Shown here in pieces: positions 37,953 through 47,154 of a stretch of DNA of 64,000 nt. Numbering within the stretch: position 1 is the stretch's first letter; each line of letters opens with the position of its first letter. The translations under genes and the position numbers were made by a program. A model generated the notes under the pieces. The model saw only the letters and a program-made list of their open reading frames with translations. It had not been told where the DNA came from and ran no database searches. The stretch covers positions 33,828-97,827 of the forward strand of contig MKVT01000012.1 of assembly GCA_001898935.1 (NCBI GenBank), in the 5' to 3' direction. The stretch is from Paludibacter sp. 47-17. GTDB lineage: Bacteria > Bacteroidota > Bacteroidia > Bacteroidales > Paludibacteraceae.

Positions 37953-38006
37953 TGTACGCTTTGCTGCGCAAAGCTGATTGTACGGATTCGCTTTGCGGAT
38001 CCTAAT
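37953..38006 (+). repeat. Tandem pair of GTACG-CTTTGC(-CTAAT) units (junction element B)
   Basis: TGTACG 37953 / CTTTGC 37959, forming hairpin GCTTTGC-TGC-GCAAAGC (37958-74). Then TTGTACG 37978 / CTTTGC 37991 / CTAAT 38002. The second unit matches element A unit 2 in the blocks ATTGTACG, TTCGCTTTGC and CTAAT. Confidence 0.6.
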
Positions 38007-38035
38007 TGGGATGCAAATCCGTAAAAGAAAGAAAT

Positions 38036-41000
38036 ATGCGAAAACTCCTCTTGCCCCTGCTTATTTGTTTACAGGCGACAGCCTTTGGTGCGTCCCATAC
38101 CCTCTGGTACTCGCGTCCGGCTTCACTGTGGGTGGAAGCGCTGCCGCTCGGTAATGGCCGGCTGGGCGCCATGGTATTCGGAAATCCGGCTCAGGAACAG
38201 CTGCAGCTCAACGAAGAAACCATCTGGGCCGGGCAGCCGAATAATAATCCGAATCCTGCTGCGCTCCAATTTCTTCCCCAAATACGTGAAATGGTGTTTG
38301 CCGGAAAGTATGCCGAAGCCGAACAGCTGGCCACCGAAAAAGTGATGTCGCAAACCAACTCCGGAATGCCGTATCAGACCTTTGGCGATTTACGCATCTC
38401 GTTTCCGGGGCATTCGCAGTATACCGCTTATTACCGCGAGCTGAGTCTCGACTCGGCGCTGGCGCTCGTGAGGTACAAGGTAGGGGGAGTGGAATACCAA
38501 CGGGAAATATTTACTTCGTTTCCCGATCAGGTGGTAGTGATGCGTCTCACCGCCTCACGCAAAAAAAGCATCACCTTTAGCGCTATTCTCACGTCGCCCC
38601 ATCAGGATGTGAAAATTACCGCCGAAGGCAACGATATTACCCTGAGCGGCATTACGCCGACTCACGAACGGCTGCGCGGCAAAGTGGAGTTCCAGGGCCG
38701 GGTCACGGCCCGCCTGAAAGGGGGTAGCATGACGGTTCGCGATGGGGTGCTGGCTGTGGATAAAGCCGATGAGGTGCTGATTTTTGTTTCTATCGCTACC
38801 AATTTCCGCGATTATAAAACGCTCGATGTGGATGAAGCGGCCAAAGCTACCGAACTGCTCCGTAGGGCTGAAAAAATGGATTACCGGAAAGCACGGCGGG
38901 CGCATATCGATTTTTATAAACGCTATTTCGACCGGTCGACCCTGAACCTGGGCGAAGATGTGTACAAACACCTGCCGACCGACGAACGGGTGGCCAGGTT
39001 TTCGGACCCGGGTAACCGTGCCCGGATGCAGGAAAAGGGCGTAGCGGCAATACCCGACCATCACCTGGTGGCTACGTATTATCAGTTTGGCCGCTACCTG
39101 CTCATTTGTTCGTCGCAGCCGGGCGGACAGGCCGCTAATCTGCAGGGAATCTGGAACGATAAGTTGTTTCCGCCCTGGGACAGCAAGTATACGGCCAATA
39201 TCAATGTGGAAATGAATTACTGGCCGGCGGAAGTGACCAATCTCAGCGAACTGTACGAGCCTTTGCTCCGGCTTACCCGGGAAGTGAGCGAAACCGGGCG
39301 CGAGGCGGCTAAAACAATGTATGGCGCCGGTGGTTGGGTGATGCACCATAATACGGATATCTGGCGTATTACGGGAGCTGTGGACCGGGCGCCCTCGGGT
39401 ATGTGGCCTTCGGGAGGCGCCTGGCTGTGCCGTCATCTGTACGAACATTATCTTTATACCGGCAACAAAGAGTTTTTACGTTCGGTATACCCCATCCTCC
39501 GCGAATCGGCTGTGTTTTTCGACGAGGTAATGATGCACGAGCCGGTGCATAACTGGTTGGTGGTGAATCCTTCCAATTCTCCTGAAAACACACATGCCGG
39601 CAGCAATAAAAAGGCTACTATCGCCGCCGGCGTCACCATGGATAATCAGCTTGTTTTCGATCTCTGGAATGCGGTGATCGCAAGTGCGCGGGTGCTGAAT
39701 ATCGAAGATGAACTGGTACCCCGGCTGAAAGAAAAAATAAAACTCCTGCCGCCTATGCAGACCGGACGTTGGGGACAGCTGCAGGAATGGATGCACGACT
39801 GGGACCTGCAGGACGATAAACACCGGCATGTGTCGCACCTGTACGGGTTGTATCCCGGTAATCAGATTTCACCCTTCCGCACTCCCGAATTGTTTCAGGC
39901 AGCCCGGAATTCGCTTATCGCCCGGGGCGATCCGTCGACCGGCTGGAGCATGGGCTGGAAAGTGTGCCTGTGGGCCCGTTTGCTCGATGGCGATCATGCT
40001 TACAAACTGATCACCGACCAGTTGACCTTGGTGCGCGACGAACCCAAACGGGGAGGTACCTATCCGAATTTATTTGATGCGCATCCTCCCTTCCAGATCG
40101 ATGGTAACTTTGGTTGTACGGCCGGAATTGCCGAAATGCTGATGCAGAGCCACGATGGCTTCGTTTACCTGTTGCCGGCCTTGCCTTCGGTATGGAAGAA
40201 GGGAGAAGTTACCGGTTTGGTAGCTCGTGGTGGTTTCGTAATCGATATGGCCTGGGACGATGGCAGACTCACGAAACTGAAAGTTCATTCGCGCACGGGA
40301 GGGGTGCTCCGCCTGCGGGTGGCAATTCCTCTGAAGCTGGTTTCAACCGGTAACACAACTACCGGCCACCCGCGTCCGGCGGAAATACCAGCCGGAACAG
40401 CTGCATTGTGTGCCGATGCGGGACAGGATGGAGTGTTTCGTGCGGCTTCCGGACCGAATCCCAATCCGTTGTATGCTATTCCGGAAACACCCAAACCCCT
40501 GATCGGTGATCTGTTGTTCTTTTCATCGCCGGAGATGCCGCCGGCTTTTCTCTACGACCTGGAAACGGTACCGGGAATGGATTATGTGTTGGATGTATCG
40601 TGCCGGAACTCAGCAGTGAATCGCTTTGACTTTATTCTCGAAACCACTCCCTGGTCGGAACGCCTTGCTCTTTCCGAAATGAATCGTTTTCCCGAAGCCT
40701 GGCAAATCGAAAATGCCCGCCGGCCGCGCTGGGGCTATACCCACGGTCTGGTGGTAAAAGCCATGCAGGACCTGGGACGTTTGGCGGATGCAAATGGGGA
40801 AAAAGGAAGTGCGGCCGGTGCACCGGTGGGGAGAGGTAATAACCGGTTTTACGATTATGCAAAACTGTATGCCGACTCTACCATCGATACACAAGGCCGC
40901 ATCCGCATGGACTTCCTGTCGTATAACCTCGATAATGTAAATCCGGGAAAAATCCTGTTTCAGTTGTATCGGCAAGAGAAAGATAAACGGTACAAGACAG

Positions 41001-41809
41001 CCATTGATACCTTGATGAAACAATTGCGCCAACAGCCCCGTACGTCGGAGGGTGGTTTCTGGCATAAGAAAAAATACGAGCACCAGATGTGGCTCGACGG
41101 CTTGTATATGGCTGCTCCGTTTCTCGCTCAGTATAGCGCCGAATTCGGCGACGCTAAGGCGCTGGACGAGGCTTTGCTCCAACTTGAACTCATTCATCGG
41201 CATACATTTGATGCCGCTACCGGACTGAATTATCACGGCTGGGACGAAAGTCGTACGCAGTTTTGGGCCGATGCAACCACCGGACTTTCGAAATCGTTCT
41301 GGAGCCGAAGCATAGGCTGGTACGCGATGGCCCTGGTGGACGTGCTCGATTTTGTCCCGGTCGATCATCGGCAACGCAAGGTGCTGATCGAGCGGATTTC
41401 TGTCCTGGCCGGGGCGATTGTCAACTATCAGCATCCGGAAAAAGGAGTGTGGTATCAGGTCACCGATCAGGCCGGTCGGAAAGGTAATTATCTTGAATCG
41501 TCGGCCAGCGCCATGTTTCTTTATTTTCTGAGTAAATCGGTACGGCTGGGCTATCTCGACCAACAGTACCTGCCGGCAATCGATAAAGCGTATAAAGGCA
41601 TTTTAAGCGAATTTGTGATCGAAAATGCAAAAGGCTATTACGATATTGTGAATTGTTGTGCCGTAGCCGGTTTGGGAGGTGACGGCACCCGGCGCGACGG
41701 CACCTTCGGGTATTATATCGGCGAGCCGGTAATTGTAAACGATCCGAAGTCGACTGGAAGTATGATTCTGGCCATGCTGGAAATGGAACAGCTCCAGAGG
41801 GAACGTTGA
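38036..41809 (+). CDS. GH95 (alpha-L-fucosidase/alpha-L-galactosidase family) fused to GH105 (unsaturated rhamnogalacturonyl/galacturonyl hydrolase)
   Basis: GH95: '[14 protein letters not shown]', 'EETIWAG', '[15 protein letters not shown]'. Pro/Gly-rich linker around 40345-40660. GH105/GH88-like: '[12 protein letters not shown]', '[18 protein letters not shown]', '[18 protein letters not shown]'. I prefer the ATG at 38036 over the TTG at 38006. Confidence 0.8.
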   Translation: MRKLLLPLLICLQATAFGASHTLWYSRPASLWVEALPLGNGRLGAMVFGNPAQEQLQLNEETIWAGQPNNNPNPAALQFLPQIREMVFAGKYAEAEQLATEKVMSQTNSGMPYQTFGDLRISFPGHSQYTAYYRELSLDSALALVRYKVGGVEYQREIFTSFPDQVVVMRLTASRKKSITFSAILTSPHQDVKITAEGNDITLSGITPTHERLRGKVEFQGRVTARLKGGSMTVRDGVLAVDKADEVLIFVSIATNFRDYKTLDVDEAAKATELLRRAEKMDYRKARRAHIDFYKRYFDRSTLNLGEDVYKHLPTDERVARFSDPGNRARMQEKGVAAIPDHHLVATYYQFGRYLLICSSQPGGQAANLQGIWNDKLFPPWDSKYTANINVEMNYWPAEVTNLSELYEPLLRLTREVSETGREAAKTMYGAGGWVMHHNTDIWRITGAVDRAPSGMWPSGGAWLCRHLYEHYLYTGNKEFLRSVYPILRESAVFFDEVMMHEPVHNWLVVNPSNSPENTHAGSNKKATIAAGVTMDNQLVFDLWNAVIASARVLNIEDELVPRLKEKIKLLPPMQTGRWGQLQEWMHDWDLQDDKHRHVSHLYGLYPGNQISPFRTPELFQAARNSLIARGDPSTGWSMGWKVCLWARLLDGDHAYKLITDQLTLVRDEPKRGGTYPNLFDAHPPFQIDGNFGCTAGIAEMLMQSHDGFVYLLPALPSVWKKGEVTGLVARGGFVIDMAWDDGRLTKLKVHSRTGGVLRLRVAIPLKLVSTGNTTTGHPRPAEIPAGTAALCADAGQDGVFRAASGPNPNPLYAIPETPKPLIGDLLFFSSPEMPPAFLYDLETVPGMDYVLDVSCRNSAVNRFDFILETTPWSERLALSEMNRFPEAWQIENARRPRWGYTHGLVVKAMQDLGRLADANGEKGSAAGAPVGRGNNRFYDYAKLYADSTIDTQGRIRMDFLSYNLDNVNPGKILFQLYRQEKDKRYKTAIDTLMKQLRQQPRTSEGGFWHKKKYEHQMWLDGLYMAAPFLAQYSAEFGDAKALDEALLQLELIHRHTFDAATGLNYHGWDESRTQFWADATTGLSKSFWSRSIGWYAMALVDVLDFVPVDHRQRKVLIERISVLAGAIVNYQHPEKGVWYQVTDQAGRKGNYLESSASAMFLYFLSKSVRLGYLDQQYLPAIDKAYKGILSEFVIENAKGYYDIVNCCAVAGLGGDGTRRDGTFGYYIGEPVIVNDPKSTGSMILAMLEMEQLQRER

Positions 41810-41857
41810 ACGTGTAAGCTGCCGGACAATCGATCCTGATGTAACCGAACTAAATTA

Positions 41858-43270
41858 ATGTACGATATGAAGTCAATATTCTCATTTTTGCTGTTTTTCA
41901 TGTTGCTTTTCCCGGTTTCCGCCCAGAAAAAATCGGATATCTTTGCCAAGGGGCGCCTCGTGGTGAGCGATGAAGGGCGTTACCTGAAATTCACCAACGG
42001 CGAGCCGTTTTTCTGGCTGGGCGAAACGGGCTGGCTGCTGCCCGAGCGACTCGACCGGGCCGAAGCGTCGTATTACCTGAATCAGTGTAGCCTGCGTGGC
42101 TATAATGTGGTGCAGGTGCAGACGGTGGATGGTATTCCCGCTTATAACTATTATGGGAAGTCGTCGATGCCCGATGGTTTCGATTTCAGCAAAATCGACA
42201 AAGAGCCGGGCTATGGGTATTGGGATCATATGGATTATATCGTGGAGACGGCTGCCCGCAACGGTATTTTTATAGGGATGGTCTGTGTGTGGGGAACTCC
42301 GGTAAGCGCCGGACATATGAATGTTGCCCAGGCCGAAAAATACGGTCGTTTTCTGGCCGAACGGTATCGTAAGTATGCCAATATTATCTGGATCATCGGC
42401 GGCGATATCCGGGGCGATGTGAAGACCGAAGTGTGGGAGGCGCTGGCGCGAACCATCCGGAAATACGATCCCGACCACCTGATGACGTTTCATCCCCGCG
42501 GGCGGACTACTTCTGCCGTTTGGTTTAATGAGGCCGAATGGCTCGATTTTAATATGTTTCAGAGCGGTCACCGGCGCTATGGTCAGCGTAAGGGCGACGG
42601 CGATTATCCTATCGAAGAGAATACCGAAGAAGATAACTGGCGGTTCGTGGAGCGCAGCCAGGCTCTCTCGCCTCTTAAGCCGGTGATCGATGCGGAGCCG
42701 ATTTATGAAGATATTCCGCATGGACTTCACGAAGCGGGCGAGGCTCGCTGGAATGCCAATGATGTGCGGCGGTATGCCTATTGGTCGGTGTTTGCGGGTT
42801 CGTTCGGACACACCTACGGCCACAATTCCATCATGCAATTTTATAAGCCTGGTGTAGCCGGGTCGTTCTTTCCGTCGAAGTATTGGTACGACTGCATGAA
42901 TGAGCCGGGTTTTAATCAGATGCAATATCTCAAGGAACTGATGCTGCGGTTCCCGTTTTTCGAACGGGTGCCCGATCAGTCGGTGGTGGCGGGTGTTAAT
43001 GGTGAACGCTACGATAGGGTGGTAGCCACCCGGGGAACCGACTATCTGCTGGCTTATAATTATTCGGGCCGGCCGATGCAGCTTGACCTGTCGAAAATCG
43101 GCGGATCGACGAAAGAATGTTGGTGGTTTGTACCGTCAACGGGTAAGTACGAATATATCGGTCGTTTCGAGGGTACAAAAGTGCAGGTGTTTCAGGCCGA
43201 TGTGCCTTACATGGCCGGCCACGACCGGGTACTCGTCGCATACGATTCCTCTAAAAAATACCTGCCATGA
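41858..43270 (+). CDS. DUF4038-type TIM-barrel glycoside hydrolase, GH140-like (candidate endo-apiosidase)
   Basis: Signal peptide. 'GEPFFWLGETGWLL', 'RGYNVVQVQ', 'IIWIIGGD', 'FQSGH'. Confidence 0.65.
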   Translation: MYDMKSIFSFLLFFMLLFPVSAQKKSDIFAKGRLVVSDEGRYLKFTNGEPFFWLGETGWLLPERLDRAEASYYLNQCSLRGYNVVQVQTVDGIPAYNYYGKSSMPDGFDFSKIDKEPGYGYWDHMDYIVETAARNGIFIGMVCVWGTPVSAGHMNVAQAEKYGRFLAERYRKYANIIWIIGGDIRGDVKTEVWEALARTIRKYDPDHLMTFHPRGRTTSAVWFNEAEWLDFNMFQSGHRRYGQRKGDGDYPIEENTEEDNWRFVERSQALSPLKPVIDAEPIYEDIPHGLHEAGEARWNANDVRRYAYWSVFAGSFGHTYGHNSIMQFYKPGVAGSFFPSKYWYDCMNEPGFNQMQYLKELMLRFPFFERVPDQSVVAGVNGERYDRVVATRGTDYLLAYNYSGRPMQLDLSKIGGSTKECWWFVPSTGKYEYIGRFEGTKVQVFQADVPYMAGHDRVLVAYDSSKKYLP

Positions 43271-46200
43271 AAAAATTCCTTCTTGTGCTTGCATGGTTGT
43301 GTGCCTACGGTGTAGGTGAATCGAATGCGGCTATAACGATTGTCGGCCCTACCACCGAAGGGCTGGTCGATCCCGAGGGGTTGGATGTGATGCAGCCGCG
43401 TTTCAGCTGGAAAACGCAGGCCGATGGGATGCAGAATGTGGTGCAAACGGCCTACCAGCTGGTAGTGGCATCGAGTGCCGAAAAACTGGAGCGGGGCGAA
43501 TACGACCTGTGGAATTCGGGACGGGTGAAATCGCGGGAACAGCTGTGGATCGCCTACCAGGGATCGGTGTTGCATTCGAAACAAGTGGCCTGGTGGAAAG
43601 TGAAGGTGTGGACCAATAAGGGTGAGAGTGCCTTTTCGGAACCGGCTTTCTGGAGTATGGGGTTGCTGGCCGATACCGACTGGCGGGCGCAATGGATTGG
43701 GCTCGACCGGGCGATGCCGCACGACAGCGAAACGCAATGGAGCCGGCTGTCGGCCCGTTACCTGCGAAAGGAGTTCAAGACAGCCAAAACGGTGAAGACT
43801 GCCCGGGTGTATATTGCCGGATTGGGTTTGTACGAGCTGTATATAAATGGCCGGCGGGTGGGCGATCAGGTGCTGGCGCCGGCGCCGACCGATTACCGGA
43901 AATCGGTGCTGTATAACACCTACGATGTGACTTCGCACCTTCAGCAAGGCGCCAATGCTCTTGGGGTGGTGCTGGGCAACGGCAGGTATTATACTATGCG
44001 GCAAAACTACAAGCCCTACAAGATCAATACCTTTGGCTATCCTAAGTTGCGCCTGAATCTTACGGTTACCTATACCGATGGAACTACGGAAGAGGTGGTG
44101 AGTAATGCCAGCTGGAAGCTGAATGCCGATGGGCCGGTTCGTTCCAACAACGAGTACGATGGTGAGATTTACGATGCACGCAAGGAGCTGGGCGACTGGA
44201 CCAGGCCGGGTTACGACGATAGGGACTGGATGCCTGCCGGGCGGGTATCGATTCCTGCCGGGAAGATGAAAGCACAGAGCATGCCGGGTATGAAAATCAC
44301 ACAACGTTTGCTCCCGCTTGCCGTCAACCGTTTGCCGCTTGCCGTTGTCTGTGATTTCGGCCAGAATCTTACCGGATGGGTGCGAATAAAGGTGCGCGGA
44401 CAGGCCGGCGATACTATCCGCCTGCGCTTTGCCGAAACCTTGCAAACCGATGGTTTGTTGTATACCCGTAATTTGCGCGATGCACTGGCGACCGATTATT
44501 ATATCCTGAAAGGCGATCCTGCCGGCGAAAGCTGGGCGCCGGTGTTTGTGTACCATGGTTTTAGATATATGGAGGTGAGCGGTTTACGTTACGAACCCGG
44601 GAAAGCCGATTTTGTGGCCGAAATGGTGGAAGACGAAATGCGTCACACGGGCTCGGTGGTTACTTCCAACGAGGTGCTGAATAAGGTGTTGCAAAATGCA
44701 TCCTGGGGCATCAGGGGTAATTACAAAGGAATGCCGGTCGATTGCCCGCAACGCAACGAGCGCCAGCCCTGGTTGGGCGATCGCACCATGGGAAGCAGGG
44801 GCGAGAGTTTTTTGTTCGATAATAAAGCCCTTTATACCAAGTGGATGGACGATATCGCCGAGGCGCAGCGCTACGATGGAGCGATTCCCGATGTAGCGCC
44901 GGCCTATTGGAATTATTACAGCGACAATGTTACCTGGCCGGCGGCTTTCCCCATGACGCTCGATATGCTCTACCGTCAGTTCGGCGATCTGCAACCTATC
45001 CGCACTCATTACCCTGCGCTGGAAAAGTGGATGAGGCATATAGCGCGGAATTACATGACTGCCGACTATGTGGTGACTCGCGACGAATATGGCGATTGGT
45101 GTGTGCCGCCCGAACTTCCGGAGCTGATACACAGTCGCGACCCGCGCCGTAAAACCGATGGTGCGTTGCTATCTACTGCTTATTATTATCATTTGTCGGG
45201 AATGATGGCCCGTTTTGCTGCACTTCAGGGCTTGAAATCGGAAGAAGGGGAATGGAAAAGGATGGCTGCAAAGGTTAAGGAAGGCTTTAATTCGAAATTC
45301 TTGCATCGCGACTCCTTGTTTTACGGCAATAATTCGGCCACTTCCAACCTGCTGCCGCTTGCTTTCGGGATGGTTCCCGGAGAGTTGTCCGATACCATTG
45401 CTAAACAGCTGTTGTCGAAACTGATCAATGGGTATGATGTAGCTATTTCGACGGGGGTTATTGGTACGCAGTGGATTATGAAAGAACTCCGGAAGATGGG
45501 ACGTGGCGATGTGGCGTTTGCCATTGCTTCGTCGACGAACTATCCTTCGTGGGGATATATGGCCGCTAAGGGTGCAACCACCATTTGGGAGTTGTGGAAC
45601 GGCGATACGGCCGATCCGTCGATGAACTCGGGCAATCATGTGATGTTGCTGGGCGATTTGCTGCCCTGGGTGTTTGAGGACCTGGCCGGGATAGCTTCCG
45701 GTACTGCTGCGCCGGCTTACCGGCACCTGGCGATGCGCCCCGATTTTACGGTGCCCGACCTGGAGTTTGTGGATGCAAGCTACGAAACACCCTACGGAAA
45801 GGTGGTAAGCAAGTGGAAAAAGAACCTGATGAAACTCGAGTGGACGGTGGAGATTCCGGTGAATACAACAGCAGATATTTTCCTGCCTGATGGTAAACAG
45901 CGGCGTGTTGGTTCGGGGAGCTACCGGTTCGAGGTCGCATTGCCTCGACCCAAAGGGGTGGTGGTTCAGGAGTATCTTTATGACAAGGCCGGTTTTCCTC
46001 AGTGTCATTCGGCAACGATAGCGCAAACCACCGATGGCGATTTGATTACCGCTTTTTTCGGGGGTACCCGCGAGGGTCATCCCGATGTGTGTATTTATGT
46101 GTCGCGGAAGGAAAAAGGAAGCGAGGTGTGGACCAGTCCCGAACTGGTGGCCGATGGATGGGTAACGGTGGAAGGCGAAGCGGTTCGCAAAGCTTGTTAC

Positions 46201-47022
46201 AATCCGGTGTTGTTTCAGCAGCCCGGTGGTGCGCTTTATCTTTTTTACAAGGTGGGTAACCGGGTGAGCGACTGGAAAGGATTTTTGAAGATGAGCAGCG
46301 ACGGGGGCCGTAGCTGGAGCAGGGCCTTCCCGTTGCCCGGGGGGTATCTGGGGCCGGTTAAGAATAAGATTGAAATAGTGGATGGTAAGGCAATTGCACC
46401 TTCGAGCACCGAAACCGACGGATGGAAAGTTCATTTTGAAATTTCGGAAGATAATGGACGAAGGTACCGGAAAGTGGGGCCGTTGGATGCGGAACCGGCG
46501 TTGCCTACGCATCTGCAGAAGGTGGTGGGAACGGAAGCCGGAGCAAGCGTGCTGCTGCCGGATGTTGAAGGTGGCGATGCTAGCGAAACACAGGTAATAC
46601 AGGCTATTCAACCCAGTATTCTGAAGCATGCCGACGGCCGGCTCCAGATTCTGTGCCGTACCCGCAACGGCCGGCTGGCTACTGCGTGGAGTACCGATCG
46701 CGGTGAAACCTGGTCGGCGCTCTCCCTCACCGAGCTGCCCAGCAACAATTCCGGTACCGATGCGGTAACCCTTTCGGATGGTCGTCATCTCCTGGTATAC
46801 AACGCTGTCGCCACACCGCCGGGACAGAAAAAAGCCGCCCGTACACCCCTCAATGTGGCGGTTTCGACCGATGGCCTGCACTGGAAAGCACTCTTGACCC
46901 TCGAAACTTCGCCGGTATCGCAATATTCCTATCCGTCGGTAATACAAACGCCCGATGGTTATGTGCATATCGTATATACCTGGCGCCGCGAACGGGTGAA
47001 ATACGTGAAGCTGAAACTCTGA
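43267..47022 (+). CDS. GH78 alpha-L-rhamnosidase fused to a C-terminal BNR/sialidase-like (GH33-like) propeller
   Basis: GH78: 'PRFSWK', 'GLGLYELYINGRRVGD', 'DCPQRNERQPWLGD'. From about 45960, Asp boxes 'SSDGGRSWS', 'STDRGETWS', 'STDGLHWK' and 'YSYPSVIQTPDGYVHIVYT'. ATGA overlap with the upstream stop. Confidence 0.8.
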   Translation: MKKFLLVLAWLCAYGVGESNAAITIVGPTTEGLVDPEGLDVMQPRFSWKTQADGMQNVVQTAYQLVVASSAEKLERGEYDLWNSGRVKSREQLWIAYQGSVLHSKQVAWWKVKVWTNKGESAFSEPAFWSMGLLADTDWRAQWIGLDRAMPHDSETQWSRLSARYLRKEFKTAKTVKTARVYIAGLGLYELYINGRRVGDQVLAPAPTDYRKSVLYNTYDVTSHLQQGANALGVVLGNGRYYTMRQNYKPYKINTFGYPKLRLNLTVTYTDGTTEEVVSNASWKLNADGPVRSNNEYDGEIYDARKELGDWTRPGYDDRDWMPAGRVSIPAGKMKAQSMPGMKITQRLLPLAVNRLPLAVVCDFGQNLTGWVRIKVRGQAGDTIRLRFAETLQTDGLLYTRNLRDALATDYYILKGDPAGESWAPVFVYHGFRYMEVSGLRYEPGKADFVAEMVEDEMRHTGSVVTSNEVLNKVLQNASWGIRGNYKGMPVDCPQRNERQPWLGDRTMGSRGESFLFDNKALYTKWMDDIAEAQRYDGAIPDVAPAYWNYYSDNVTWPAAFPMTLDMLYRQFGDLQPIRTHYPALEKWMRHIARNYMTADYVVTRDEYGDWCVPPELPELIHSRDPRRKTDGALLSTAYYYHLSGMMARFAALQGLKSEEGEWKRMAAKVKEGFNSKFLHRDSLFYGNNSATSNLLPLAFGMVPGELSDTIAKQLLSKLINGYDVAISTGVIGTQWIMKELRKMGRGDVAFAIASSTNYPSWGYMAAKGATTIWELWNGDTADPSMNSGNHVMLLGDLLPWVFEDLAGIASGTAAPAYRHLAMRPDFTVPDLEFVDASYETPYGKVVSKWKKNLMKLEWTVEIPVNTTADIFLPDGKQRRVGSGSYRFEVALPRPKGVVVQEYLYDKAGFPQCHSATIAQTTDGDLITAFFGGTREGHPDVCIYVSRKEKGSEVWTSPELVADGWVTVEGEAVRKACYNPVLFQQPGGALYLFYKVGNRVSDWKGFLKMSSDGGRSWSRAFPLPGGYLGPVKNKIEIVDGKAIAPSSTETDGWKVHFEISEDNGRRYRKVGPLDAEPALPTHLQKVVGTEAGASVLLPDVEGGDASETQVIQAIQPSILKHADGRLQILCRTRNGRLATAWSTDRGETWSALSLTELPSNNSGTDAVTLSDGRHLLVYNAVATPPGQKKAARTPLNVAVSTDGLHWKALLTLETSPVSQYSYPSVIQTPDGYVHIVYTWRRERVKYVKLKL

Positions 47023-47105
47023 TCAGTACTAATTTTATCTCAAACGTTTGCGCTCTTTTTATACTTCTTTTTTGCAAAACATCCTCTTTTAAATCGGAAA
47101 TCGAA

Positions 47106-47113
47106 TAACTTTG
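47106..47113 (+). promoter_or_regulatory. Candidate -7 box (TAACTTTG) for 47155..48285
   Basis: Exact TAnnTTTG 41 nt upstream of ATG 47155. It overlaps the ORF-track GTG at 47113, which argues against that start. Confidence 0.35.
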
Positions 47114-47154
47114 TGCTTGTTAATCATTATGTTAAACTCATAAACATAACGCAC

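Noticed and set aside
45169-46968. 599-aa antisense ORF inside the GH78-sialidase-like gene
   Set aside because: Shadow ORF. It has no motifs and an R/H/P/G-rich composition, and the sense strand has strong family signatures.
47041-47050. Perfect 10-bp palindrome CAAACGTTTG just after the plus-strand operon
   Set aside because: With no loop it cannot form a stable terminator hairpin. A single short palindrome in an AT-rich spacer is not significant.
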